From Nitrospinales bacterium (lineage in GTDB: Bacteria > Nitrospinota > Nitrospinia > Nitrospinales > VA-1), in assembly GCA_965223795.1 (NCBI GenBank), contig CBDCXL010000002.1:3186953-3250952 (forward strand): a stretch of 64,000 nt of DNA, read 5' to 3'. Position numbers and translations under genes: made by a program. The notes under the pieces were generated by a model. It saw only the letters and a list, made by a program, of their open reading frames with translations, was not told the origin of the DNA and ran no database searches. How positions within the stretch are numbered: position 1 is the first letter of the stretch; each line of letters opens with the position of its first letter. This document shows, one piece after another, positions 41,126 to 52,605 of the stretch.

Positions 41126-41141
41126 AGCAAGCCTTATGCCA
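41126..41141 (-). promoter_or_regulatory. Putative sigma-54 promoter
   Basis: Minus strand TGGCATA-AGGC-TTGCT, near-consensus, upstream of the DUF3365 gene. Confidence 0.7.
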
Positions 41142-41609
41142 AATTGAGGCCGTTGCAAAACCGCGAGTTATCGGAAGCTTTCCGGGAAAAAAGCCGGAAA
41201 AAGTTATGAAAAATCAGACAGTGCCGTTTTTGGGGTATTCGTTGCGCCGGGCGGTTTTTTCTCCAGGCTGGCGGAATCGGTTCCGGCGGCGGGGGCGGAT
41301 TCAGGCCGAACCGGTTTTCTGTCTGATCCGAAAATGGGAGACATCCTGAAAACCGGCCGGTTGCCGGGCGTCATTGCGGGGCCGGTTTTTTGCGAAAGCA
41401 TTTGAGTGCACCGGCGACAATGAGATATCTTTTGAAAAGGGGATGGTTAGGAAAATACTTTTGTCCGCGTTCCAGGCGCGTCATAAAATACGTTTGCATC
41501 TGGCTGGAAGGTTCGTGGCGGAACCCGCATCCGGAACGCATCCGGCGGCGGACGTTGCGAACCTGGGAGAGGAAAACCGTTCCATTTTTCTATAAAAAAG
41601 GAGCCGGAA

Positions 41610-42137
41610 ATGAATCGTGTACTGCAAACCCGCCTGGGAATCGGGGTTCTGTTGCTTGCGGGCCTTCTCGGGTGCTCTCCCAGTATCAAGTTCACCAAGC
41701 CTCTGGTCGAACTGTCGCAGGCCGGGGATCCGATCCCCTCTAAAGTCCAGTCGCCTGTGGAAATCTGCATGGACGTGCAGGGCTACATCCTGCGGCCGGC
41801 GGAATTCGACATCCTCGACAAGCCCAAGCAGCAGGCGAAAAACACCAGCCTGGATGTCTCCTCGGACGACAGCTACGGCGGCGAGTTCCGCAAAAACCTG
41901 GTGGACCCCAGCTCCGGACATTACCACCTGTTGATCGACGTCCCCCTCGTCGCGGGCGAGGAGGTCAACCTGCATCGCAAAAAGGACGCCAATCACATCC
42001 CGATGGTGGACGGCTCGCGCTGCAAAACCCTGCACCTGGATCCCGGCATGCACCGGATCCGCGCGGTGTTCGCCCACGGCAACCATGTGCCGGTCAAGCC
42101 TCTGCTCACCAACACTCTGACTGTGATCGTGGAATGA
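41610..42137 (+). CDS. DUF4399-like lipoprotein
   Basis: Lipobox LLGC; GHYHLLID and LDPGMHRI...GNH motifs. Confidence 0.75.
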   Translation: MNRVLQTRLGIGVLLLAGLLGCSPSIKFTKPLVELSQAGDPIPSKVQSPVEICMDVQGYILRPAEFDILDKPKQQAKNTSLDVSSDDSYGGEFRKNLVDPSSGHYHLLIDVPLVAGEEVNLHRKKDANHIPMVDGSRCKTLHLDPGMHRIRAVFAHGNHVPVKPLLTNTLTVIVE

Positions 42138-42243
42138 CTCCTCGCCGGAGGGGCGGTTTGCTCACGTTGGGCAACACGATCTGGCTTGAATGCCCGCGTT
42201 CGTGAATCTCCCGGCTCCTGGGCGGAGGGCGTGATTGCTCACG
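42135..42243 (+). repeat. Intergenic ~76-bp repeat, two cores
   Basis: TGACTCCTCGCCGGAGGGGCGGTTTGCTCACG at 42135 and CTCCTGGGCGGAGGGCGTGATTGCTCACG at 42215. Confidence 0.75.
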
Positions 42244-42333
42244 TCGTGCGATGCTTCTTGATAATGATTCGGTGTCGCCCGCCGCTCCACATTTTCTGAG
42301 GAAGTCCTGCATGCTGCTGATTTTTGAAACTCC

Positions 42334-42573
42334 ATGAAAACGCTGAGCGGCTGGACCCGGCTGGGGATCGTCGCCGTGATCCTTGCCGTTCTCTCCCAGG
42401 TGCTGCCGCTGCTCAAAATCCACCGCTTCACGCCTTTCAATTCCGGCGTGTCGGTGGTGATCGCGCTGCTGGCGCTGGGCTGGCTCGGTTACACGGTGTT
42501 TGTGTGGGTGGCCGCGGGGTTTGAGCGGTCCGGCGGGAGGCGGAGCAACGGCGGGGACGATCCCGCCGCCTGA
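42334..42573 (+). CDS. Small hypothetical membrane protein (2 TM)
   Basis: Two hydrophobic helices, host-like codon usage, fills an intergenic gap. Confidence 0.6.
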   Translation: MKTLSGWTRLGIVAVILAVLSQVLPLLKIHRFTPFNSGVSVVIALLALGWLGYTVFVWVAAGFERSGGRRSNGGDDPAA

Positions 42574-42577
42574 GTGG

Positions 42578-44401
<1,824 letters not shown>

Positions 44402-44603
44402 GGTTCTATTTTGATGGTCTGATCTGCGGGGGGCCGCGGAGGTGAAAGGGATGCTTTGAACAAAGCAAACCATTGTAGCGTCTGCGCCGGGAAAAAACCA
44501 ATAAAAACACGCGCGCCAGGGGGGCGGCGGGGATACAGGCCGGTCGCGGCCGGTCTGGCGATGCGTTGGAAAAGCCCGCAATATCCGGCGCGGGGACGAT
44601 GGA

Positions 44604-45182
44604 TCAGGCCTGGGTGGACTTGAACAGGTACTCGAAAAAATAGCAGTAGGCGAATATCGGCAGGGGCAGTCCGATGAGGGTGCCGATCAGGTAATGGCGG
44701 AAGCGCACTTTTGAGAGGGCGAGGGCGTAGTTCAGCACGGGGACGGTCTGAAACAGCAGGCGCAGGGTGGTGATGGAGCCGATCGGATGCGCGTCGAGCC
44801 TGGAGAAGATTTTATCGGCGATCCGGTTTTCCAGGCTTCTGAGCGCGTTTCCGCCAACGGCGCGGATGAGAAAATAACTGAGCGTGCAGGAGGTGAGGGC
44901 GGCAATGTAGGTGGTGAGGCCGCCCCATTCCTTCCCCAGCGCCAGCACGGCGGCGACGAGGAACACCCATCCCGGAACGTATAAAAGATTGCCGATGCTG
45001 AACACCAGACAGAACAGAACGATGGCAATCAGCCTGTGCTGGTCGAACAGCGGCTGGATTTGATCGGGCGTGAGGTTGGCGCGCAGGCCGCTGGCCTCAA
45101 CGATTGCAAACAGAACGGCGAAGAACAGCACGATGTGCAGCAGTCGCTTTTTTTTCGAATTTGCGGCCGGCGATATCAGCAT
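44604..45182 (-). CDS. TVP38/TMEM64 (VTT/DedA superfamily) membrane protein
   Basis: VPG...G...G, LRL...P..NYAL...FRHYLIGTLIG pattern. Confidence 0.82.
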   Translation of the reverse strand: MLISPAANSKKKRLLHIVLFFAVLFAIVEASGLRANLTPDQIQPLFDQHRLIAIVLFCLVFSIGNLLYVPGWVFLVAAVLALGKEWGGLTTYIAALTSCTLSYFLIRAVGGNALRSLENRIADKIFSRLDAHPIGSITTLRLLFQTVPVLNYALALSKVRFRHYLIGTLIGLPLPIFAYCYFFEYLFKSTQA

Positions 45183-45393
45183 CGATTCGAAGCGGAAACG
45201 GGTCAGGATGACTGCGGATTCCCTTCAATATATGCCAAAATCGCAGGATGGCAAATAGGGCAGCGCCGGAAAACCGTTGCCGGGGCAAACGGCCGCGCGG
45301 GCCGGAGGGTTGGCGGGCCGGCTGGGAATTTCGGCGCGCGGATGTTAAGCTGGATGCCGGTTTCGCTCCCGCTGACTGCAACCGAACCTGGAC

Positions 45394-46008
45394 ATGGCCG
45401 ATTCGAAATTTTTTCTGCTGCTGCTGTCTGTTTTTACCGTGGTGTTCGTCTGGTCCGCCATCGGGCCGCACGACCGTTTCACCTGGTTTCTGGAAGTCGC
45501 GCCCGCATTGATCGGGCTGGTCCTGCTGTGGGCGACGCATTCCCGGTTTCCCCTGACGCGGCTGCTCTACGTGCTGATTCTGCTGCACGCCGTGATCCTG
45601 ATGGTGGGCGGGCATTACACTTATGCCAAGGTTCCGCTGTTCGACTGGATCAGGGACACCTTCGACCTTGCGCGTAACCATTACGACCGGATCGGCCATC
45701 TGGCGCAGGGATTTTTCCCGGCCATCCTGGCGCGCGAGATCCTGCTGCGCACTTCGACGCTCAAACCGGGGAAATGGCTGTTTTTCATCGTGGTGTCCAT
45801 CTGCCTGGCGTTCAGCGCGTTCTATGAGCTGATCGAGATGTGGGTGGCGCTGGCCACCGGTGAAGCGGCGGAGGCGTTTCTGGGAACCCAGGGCGACGTG
45901 TGGGACACGCAATGGGACATGATGCTCGCCTGGCTGGGGGCGATGGCGTCGCTGCTGCTGCTTTCGCGGACGCACGACCGCGCGCTGGAAAAACTGCCCG
46001 CGCGGTGA
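45394..46008 (+). CDS. DUF2238 (YjdF-like) membrane protein
   Basis: TWFLE, GGHYTYAKVP, RNHYDRIGH, FLGTQGDVWDTQWDM. Confidence 0.9.
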   Translation: MADSKFFLLLLSVFTVVFVWSAIGPHDRFTWFLEVAPALIGLVLLWATHSRFPLTRLLYVLILLHAVILMVGGHYTYAKVPLFDWIRDTFDLARNHYDRIGHLAQGFFPAILAREILLRTSTLKPGKWLFFIVVSICLAFSAFYELIEMWVALATGEAAEAFLGTQGDVWDTQWDMMLAWLGAMASLLLLSRTHDRALEKLPAR

Positions 46009-46063
46009 TGCGTGTGCTATGCTGTTGCCTTCTCATCCTGACTTTAAGGGAGCGTGCCGTTCC

Positions 46064-47686
46064 ATGCAGCGGTTGATTTTCGGGGTCATTGCGTTTGTGG
46101 CATCGCTGCTGTTGGCGGTGACCGCCGTGGCGGACCCTTCTTCGCCTTCCGGGCCCTCGCGCCTGGGCAGCGTGTCTTTTCCCAACTCCGGTAAACAGGA
46201 AGTGCAGGAACATTTTCTGCGCGGCGTGGCGTCGCTGCACTCGTTCTGGTACGACGAGGCGCTGGAATCGTTCCGCAAAACCACAAAGATCGATCCCGGC
46301 TTCGCTTTGGGTTACTGGGGCGAGGCGATGGCGCTCAACCACCCTTTGTGGGAAGAGCAGGACACAGAAGCGGCCCGCAAGGCGCTGGCCAACATCGGCG
46401 ACACGTCGAACCTGACCGCACGGGAAAAAGCCTACATCGAGGCGGTGCGCCGGCTTTACGGCGAAGGCGATAAAGCGCAGCGCGACGCGGCCTATTCCAG
46501 GGCGATGGAGCGGCTGTACCGCGATCATCCGGAGGATCTGGAAGCGGCGTGCTTTTATTCGCTGTCGCTTCTGGGGCTGGCGCGGCATGTGGAAGACAAG
46601 CTCCGGCTGCAGGTCCGTTCGGGCGCGCTGGCGCTGCACGTGTTCGAGAAAAACGCCGATCATCCCTGCGCGGCGCATTACGCCATCCACGCGTTCGACC
46701 ATCCGGACCTCGCCATCCTGGCGCTGCCTTCGGCGAAGCGCTACGCGCGCATCGCGCCCGCGTCGCACCACGCCCAGCACATGCCGGCGCATATTTTTAT
46801 CCAGTTGGGCATGTGGCCGGAAGCGGCGGCCTCCAACGAAGGAGGCTGGAAAACTTCCGTCGCCTGGGTCGAGCGCGAAGGTCTGCCGATCGGCAAGCGC
46901 GACTACCACAGCCTGCAGTGGCTGCACTATGCGTACCTGCAGCAGGGGCGGATCGAGGAAGCCGACAAACTGTTTCAGATCAAGCTCGACGACATGCGCG
47001 CGGTGAGCGCGGACCCGGATGCGGCGAAGATCAAGGCCAACCGGCGCACCGGAAAATACTACGAACGCATGGCCGCCGCGGCGGTGCTGGAAACCGGACG
47101 CTGGCAGAAGGCGGCGGAGCTTAAAAACCCGCCGGGCTGGAAACCGAAACCCTACGCGCGCGCCGGACTCGTGTTCGTGCTCGGCTTTGCGGCGGCGATG
47201 CAGGGTAAGCCGGAGGCGGAAACGCATCTCGCCGATCTGAAAGCGCTGCGCGAATCGATGCCTGCGGGAAATTATTTCAACCGGCCGGAGCGGGTGGACA
47301 TCTGGATTCTTGAAATCGAAGCCGCGCGTCTGGCGAAGAAGCAGGATTTCGACGGCGCGATCGAAACCCTACAGCGGGCGCACGCAATCGAGAAAACGCT
47401 GCCGCCGCCTTCGGGACCGCCGCGCATCCTGAAACCCACCTACGAACTGCTGGGTGAAATTTACCTGATGGCGGGCAAGCCGGAACAGGCCGCCGAGCAG
47501 TTCGGCATCGCTCTGTTGCGCCAGCCCAAACGCGCGCTCTCGATTCTGGGCGCGGCCCGCGCCGCGGCTCAATCGGGAAATAAACAGGAGGCGGCGGAAC
47601 ATTACAGCACGCTGCTTTCCCAGTGGAGTGACGCCGATTCCGATCTGGACGGGCTGAAAGAGGCCCGGCAATTCCTCAAGCGATAG
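46064..47686 (+). CDS. Exported TPR-repeat protein
   Basis: Signal peptide; FLRGVASLHSFWY, DPGFALGYWG, HYAIHAFD, HAQHMPAHIF. Confidence 0.8.
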   Translation: MQRLIFGVIAFVASLLLAVTAVADPSSPSGPSRLGSVSFPNSGKQEVQEHFLRGVASLHSFWYDEALESFRKTTKIDPGFALGYWGEAMALNHPLWEEQDTEAARKALANIGDTSNLTAREKAYIEAVRRLYGEGDKAQRDAAYSRAMERLYRDHPEDLEAACFYSLSLLGLARHVEDKLRLQVRSGALALHVFEKNADHPCAAHYAIHAFDHPDLAILALPSAKRYARIAPASHHAQHMPAHIFIQLGMWPEAAASNEGGWKTSVAWVEREGLPIGKRDYHSLQWLHYAYLQQGRIEEADKLFQIKLDDMRAVSADPDAAKIKANRRTGKYYERMAAAAVLETGRWQKAAELKNPPGWKPKPYARAGLVFVLGFAAAMQGKPEAETHLADLKALRESMPAGNYFNRPERVDIWILEIEAARLAKKQDFDGAIETLQRAHAIEKTLPPPSGPPRILKPTYELLGEIYLMAGKPEQAAEQFGIALLRQPKRALSILGAARAAAQSGNKQEAAEHYSTLLSQWSDADSDLDGLKEARQFLKR

Positions 47687-48037
47687 TTCCTTCCGCAAAA
47701 CCACAAAATCATCACCCGCTTCCTGCGGCCCTTTAGGTAAAATAATGCCTGAATGGGCATTTTATGGATTTGAAGCTGTTTGCAGTGATTGAGCGAACGG
47801 ACGGCCTTTGTGTGGAAAGTTCTATGTGCAATCCGGCAACGCTGTTTCGTTAAATTATGTCAAATTTGTCATCTTTCATTCATTGTGCGATGCGATTGAT
47901 TTAAATAATCCTTTTAAATTAAAACCTTTACAAAGACGCCGATTGTGTAAAAACCTGTTTTGAGGAATTGACTAAAAGGGCAAATATAGTTTAATGAGGG
48001 GGCCGGAAAGGAGACCAAACTCTTAGAGGACACAGCC

Positions 48038-48730
48038 ATGCGACGCATCGGGTTGGTATTGTTTCTCTGCTTGTCACTGGGCGGGGCCGCGTCGGTTCAC
48101 GCCACGACCATCTATACGAACGATCCCGCCGCGCTCAACGCTTACAATCGGGATCAAACCGGCATCTACGTCTCCGGCCAGGGCGGCGTTTCGTTTTTGA
48201 TGAACGCGGACCACGACGGTGCGGGCGCGGCGGATTTCGAAACCGAGCACGACACCGGCTGGAACGCCGGCGGCAGCGTCGGTGTGGACTTCGGCAGCAT
48301 CCGTTCGGAGTTTGAATTGAATTACCGCAAAAACGGCGTGGACACATTGAAAGCGGCCGGCCTGAATGACGGCTCTCCCGGCGGAGACATCTCCGTATTC
48401 AGTTTCCTGTTCAACCTGTTTTACGATTTTGAAAACCGCACCGAGTTCACGCCCTACATCGGCGCCGGTGTCGGCGGGGCGGTGGTTTCACTGGAAAACG
48501 TAACTGATTCCACCGGCACGGTCGCCAACGTGGACGCGGAAGAAACCGTGTTCGCCTTCAAGGGTATTATTGGCGGCTCGCTTGCGCTGACGCCGCGATT
48601 CGACCTGACCTTCGACTATTCGTTTTTCGGCACCACCGATGCGGAGCTGCCAAACACGGCGACCGGCGGGACCATCGAGTCCGAAATCCGCAGCCACAGC
48701 GTCAACAGCGGCCTCCGTTTCCGGTTTTAG
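48038..48730 (+). CDS. Outer-membrane beta-barrel protein (OmpA-like/opacity type)
   Basis: Signal peptide, RSEFEL, TPYIGAGVG, C-terminal GLRFRF. Confidence 0.85.
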   Translation: MRRIGLVLFLCLSLGGAASVHATTIYTNDPAALNAYNRDQTGIYVSGQGGVSFLMNADHDGAGAADFETEHDTGWNAGGSVGVDFGSIRSEFELNYRKNGVDTLKAAGLNDGSPGGDISVFSFLFNLFYDFENRTEFTPYIGAGVGGAVVSLENVTDSTGTVANVDAEETVFAFKGIIGGSLALTPRFDLTFDYSFFGTTDAELPNTATGGTIESEIRSHSVNSGLRFRF

Positions 48731-48902
48731 TTCCCGCACAGCGGGACTGGGGCGGGCGGCCGCGATCCGCACCCCGCAGTTCGAGACCCGTTTCCCAGCC
48801 GGACCTTCCCCTTTTCAGCGTTGCAATTCCGCCTGCATTTTTCCAGGCAACGCTTCGACAAATTGTGAGAAGATTGAGCTTTAAATTCAATCAGGACAAA
48901 CC

Positions 48903-49820
48903 ATGACTGTAGTGAATCCAGCCCGATTCCCTGGCAGGCGGTGGACCCGGTGCGGGCCTGCCGTCCTGCTCGCCTTGATTTTGTTTTGCGTGACCGCCGA
49001 TGCGAACCCTGGGTCTAAAATCCGGCCCAGTGAGATCGGCTCGTTTTCCGGTCCGCTGCAACGGGCGGCGAAAGCCGGGGACAGGGCCACGGTGGAAACC
49101 CTGCTCAGAGGCGGGATCGACGTCGACAGCCAGAATGAATGGGGCATCACCGCGTTGTACGCAGCGGTGTTCGAAAACCACAACGGCCTGGCGGCCTATC
49201 TGATCGAACGGGGCGCGGACGTCAATCTGGCCGATCACGAGGGTCTGACGCCGCTGCACGTTGCCGGACTGGAAGACCACGCCGTCCTCGCGCGCACGCT
49301 GCTCGACCGTGGGGCCGCGTTGGAACACGAGGACCGGTACGGCTACACGCCGCTGCATCTGGCGGCCGACCAGGGAAGCGACCGGGTGGCGCGGCTGTTG
49401 ATCGCGGAGGGAGCGGACGTCAACGTTTTCTCGGAATGGCGCAACACGCCGCTGCACGCGTCCGTGGCGCAGAGCGATCCTGCGCTGGTGCGCCTGCTGC
49501 TTGAGAGCGGCGCGCACGTCGGAGCCCGGGATAAGCTGGGGCGCACGGCGCTGCACTGGGTCGCTGAAACCGGCTCGGTCGCGGTGGCGAAGATCCTCAT
49601 CGAAAACGGGGCCGGATTGAACGCACCCGACCGCGACGGCGAGACCCCACTGCACGAAGCGGCCAAATGGAACCACACCGCCATCGCGGAGCTGCTGCTC
49701 GCCCATGGCGCGGACGTCAATGCCAAGGCTTCCGACGGCAGGAGCCCGGTGCTGTTTGCCATCGCGCACGGCAGCATGGACATCGTCCGGCTGCTCGAGG
49801 CGAACGGCGGCGTCTGGTGA
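48903..49820 (+). CDS. Ankyrin-repeat protein
   Basis: Repeated GxTPLHxA...LLxxGADVN motifs. Confidence 0.92.
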   Translation: MTVVNPARFPGRRWTRCGPAVLLALILFCVTADANPGSKIRPSEIGSFSGPLQRAAKAGDRATVETLLRGGIDVDSQNEWGITALYAAVFENHNGLAAYLIERGADVNLADHEGLTPLHVAGLEDHAVLARTLLDRGAALEHEDRYGYTPLHLAADQGSDRVARLLIAEGADVNVFSEWRNTPLHASVAQSDPALVRLLLESGAHVGARDKLGRTALHWVAETGSVAVAKILIENGAGLNAPDRDGETPLHEAAKWNHTAIAELLLAHGADVNAKASDGRSPVLFAIAHGSMDIVRLLEANGGVW

Positions 49821-50234
49821 CTGAATTTCCTCAATCCTTCCCTTTTTCCGTCCCAGTCGCATTTGCGCACCCCATCCCCCCACGGGCTGAACCGTTCCGC
49901 CAGGGCGGGATGAGCCGCAAAACCAGACTAAATAATTGAATAATAATAGATTATTGTGTTTTCGGCGGGGTTTGGGATCGTGACCCAACTGTGACTCAAT
50001 CTTGATGGCCCCGTGGCATTGGCACGGCACTCTCTTGATTTAAAATCAGCTATTTCTGACCCCGAAACGGGCCGCACGCGATCCCGATCGGCATGCCGGA
50101 TTGCATAATGTTTCAATCTGCGCGTAAAACCTGATAACTTTGGTAATAAGCCAACGGATTCCCGATGCAGGCCATTCCCGCCAGTGGGAGTGCGTCCTCA
50201 TTCGTCTTGCAGTGGGACTGCAGCTGTAATAACT

Positions 50235-51398
50235 ATGAATTCAGAACCGATCCGAATCGTTCACGTCATCACCACGCTGGGTTCCGGCGGTGCGCAGAGA
50301 ATGCTGTGCCGGCTGGTGAAGCAAAGCCGGTCGTCCGCGATCCAGCACAGCGTGATCACCCTGCTTCAGGGCGGCGTGAACATCGCGCCCATGCGGGAAG
50401 AGGGCGTCGAGGTGGTGGAACTCAACCTCAGATTCGGCAATCTGATCGAGACGACCCTGCAGCTGGCGCGGGCGGTGCGAAAACAGAAACCCAGCCTGGT
50501 GCACGGATGGATGTATCATGGCAACCTGGCGGCGACCCTCGGCGGACGCCTTTACAAAGCGAAATGCCCGCTGATCTGGGGGGTGCGTCACTCCGCCTGC
50601 AACCTGGAAAACGAAAAGCCTTCCACACGCAAGATCATCCGGCTCGGCAAACAGCTTTCCGGATTGTCCGACGTGATCGTCTACTGTTCCCGGGAAAGCG
50701 CGGAAGACCACGCCCGGCTGGGCTATCCCGAGAGCAAGGCCGTTGTCATCCCCAACGGATTCGAGGTCGATGTCTACAAGCCCAGCAGCAACGGCCGCGG
50801 CGCACTGGCCTCGCGGCTGGGGATCGAACCGGAAACGCCGGTCCTCTGCCTGGCGGCGCGTTATTCCCCCATGAAGGACCATCGCGGCATGATCGAAGCG
50901 ATGGCCCGGCTCAAACAGCGGGGACAGAAAGCCCATCTCATCATGTTGGGAAGGGGCGTGGACGCGAAGAACGCAGAACTCAGCGCCGCGCTGGAACAAA
51001 ACGGCGTCCGCGACTGCGTCCACCTTTTGGGCGAGCAGACGGACATGACTCCCATTTACGCCGCCACCGACGTTGTGGTGGTTTCCTCGGCCTGGGGCGA
51101 GGCGTTTCCCAACGTGCTGGGCGAGGGGATGGCTTCGGGGATACCCTGTGTGTCGACCGATGTGGGCGACAGCCGCTGGATCATCGGCGACACCGGCAAG
51201 GTGGTGCCGCCGCGCGATCCGGAAGCGCTGGCGAACGCGATCGGCGATCTGGTGGCAATGGGTAGGCAGGAACGCCGCGAACTGGGAGCCCGGGCCCGGC
51301 AGCGCATTCTGCAGAACTTCACCATCGAGCGGATCGCCCAGCAGTACGAAGAACTTTACCGCAGCTTGCTGCCGCAGCCTACCAACGTCGCTTCCTGA
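50235..51398 (+). CDS. Glycosyltransferase family 4
   Basis: GGAQRML, IPNG, KDH, EAFPNVLGEGMASG, TDVG; start at ATG 50235. Confidence 0.9.
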   Translation: MNSEPIRIVHVITTLGSGGAQRMLCRLVKQSRSSAIQHSVITLLQGGVNIAPMREEGVEVVELNLRFGNLIETTLQLARAVRKQKPSLVHGWMYHGNLAATLGGRLYKAKCPLIWGVRHSACNLENEKPSTRKIIRLGKQLSGLSDVIVYCSRESAEDHARLGYPESKAVVIPNGFEVDVYKPSSNGRGALASRLGIEPETPVLCLAARYSPMKDHRGMIEAMARLKQRGQKAHLIMLGRGVDAKNAELSAALEQNGVRDCVHLLGEQTDMTPIYAATDVVVVSSAWGEAFPNVLGEGMASGIPCVSTDVGDSRWIIGDTGKVVPPRDPEALANAIGDLVAMGRQERRELGARARQRILQNFTIERIAQQYEELYRSLLPQPTNVAS

Positions 51399-51452
51399 AC
51401 CGCCGTCCGGCGAAAATAGCTTACTCTGCACAGCGTGATACGCCACTCATCC

Positions 51453-51607
51453 GAAATCTTTGCATAAGTGGGTAAAACGAAGAACCTGAATTTCTCAATG
51501 TTACCCTGAGCCCTTCGGCAAGCTCAGGACAGGCTTTGTCGAAGGGTGGGCTGGATCATGCTTCGACAGGCTCAGCATGACAGCCAAAAGACTTACGCAA
51601 AGGTTTC
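51453..51607. mobile_element. MITE-like element with a nested palindromic repeat
   Basis: 17-bp terminal inverted repeats GAAATCTTTGCATAAGT / ACTTACGCAAAGGTTTC (2 mismatches) enclosing CCCTGAGC..TTGTCGAAGGG..CTTCGACAGGCTCAGCATGACA. Confidence 0.55.
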
Positions 51608-51774
51608 CCCCGGCAGGAGTCAGAAGAACCGCAAACGCTCGCACTCAGGCCGGATCGGTTTGTCCGGCGTGAGCAAACGTGCGCTCGACGCAGGAGAGTC
51701 CTGTCAGGAACCCCCGAAACTCAACAGAGAATCATTGCACGGCGTGAGCAAACCGCCACTCCGGCGAGGAGTCA
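51608..51774 (-). repeat. Intergenic ~76-bp repeat, three cores (third truncated)
   Basis: Minus-strand CTCCT cores start at 51771, 51696 and 51619. Confidence 0.75.
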
Positions 51775-52452
51775 CATCATCGGGCCGGGCATGTAGATGG
51801 TGCCGCCGGGGCTATCGTGAGTGTGGATTTCGCCGCCGAAGCCCAGCATTTCCGAGGCGCGTTTGGCCTCTTCGGGCGTCTTGTACATGTGGTCCATGAT
51901 GTCGCGGCTCATCGTGGGCGGCGGGCCGCTTTGCGCGCCGCCGGAACCCTCCTGATGACGGCTGGCGGCACCGTCATCGTGGCGGCTGCCCGAACCCTCT
52001 TCACGATGGCTGCCGGAGCCTTCCTCCTGCTGATGACCGGCCGAACCTTCACGGAACCCGGGCCGCATGCCCTGTTCGATCTGGGCGAGGGCCTCGTTCA
52101 TCATCGAGTAAAACCGGGATTTTTCGGTGTACCCTTCCACACGCCCGGCTTCACGCTGGTTTTCCGCATCCCAGATGATGAACGTCGGCGTGCCGACGAT
52201 TTCCCCCACCTGTTTTTTCTGCATCGCCTCGTCCAGCCATTGCGGGAAATGCGTTCCCTGGAGCGTGAGCACCTTTTTCAGCGGAATGGCTTTGCCGATG
52301 TCGCTGGAGGGGTATTCCGGAAGCACTTCCTGCTGCCATTTTTTTGAATTTTTCGAATTTTCGCCGCTCAGCACCATGAGGTCGTAGGCCAGGGCCTGGC
52401 TGGTGAATGCGAGCAGGAAGGCGATCGCCATTGCGAGAGCTGTTCTTTTCAT
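51772..52452 (-). CDS. Exported thioredoxin-fold (SoxS-like) protein lacking CxxC, with a His/Glu/Gly/Ser repeat tail
   Basis: Signal peptide; GTPTFII...EAGRVEGY; SKNS..W where CxxC is expected; EGSG repeats. Confidence 0.65.
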   Translation of the reverse strand: MKRTALAMAIAFLLAFTSQALAYDLMVLSGENSKNSKKWQQEVLPEYPSSDIGKAIPLKKVLTLQGTHFPQWLDEAMQKKQVGEIVGTPTFIIWDAENQREAGRVEGYTEKSRFYSMMNEALAQIEQGMRPGFREGSAGHQQEEGSGSHREEGSGSRHDDGAASRHQEGSGGAQSGPPPTMSRDIMDHMYKTPEEAKRASEMLGFGGEIHTHDSPGGTIYMPGPMM

Positions 52453-52605
52453 GTCGAATTCCTTTCGGAACGGGAGAAATCGGAGATAACGGGATGATCC
52501 TATTCTACCTCACCGGCGCAGCCTCTCCGCAATTAAATTGCGCGGCCGTTAAGCCTTTCGTTTTCAAGTGAAACCCGTCCAAAAGGGGGCGCGTGGCGCG
52601 CGCAT

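Noticed and set aside
50089..50107. Sigma-54-like CGGCATGCCGGATTGCA upstream of the GT4 gene
   Set aside because: GG-to-GC spacing is 11 nt rather than the required 10.
51608..51774. Regularly spaced ~29-nt cores resembling a mini CRISPR array
   Set aside because: Cores are degenerate, inter-core segments are homologous between loci rather than unique, arrays have only 2-3 units, and no cas genes are present.
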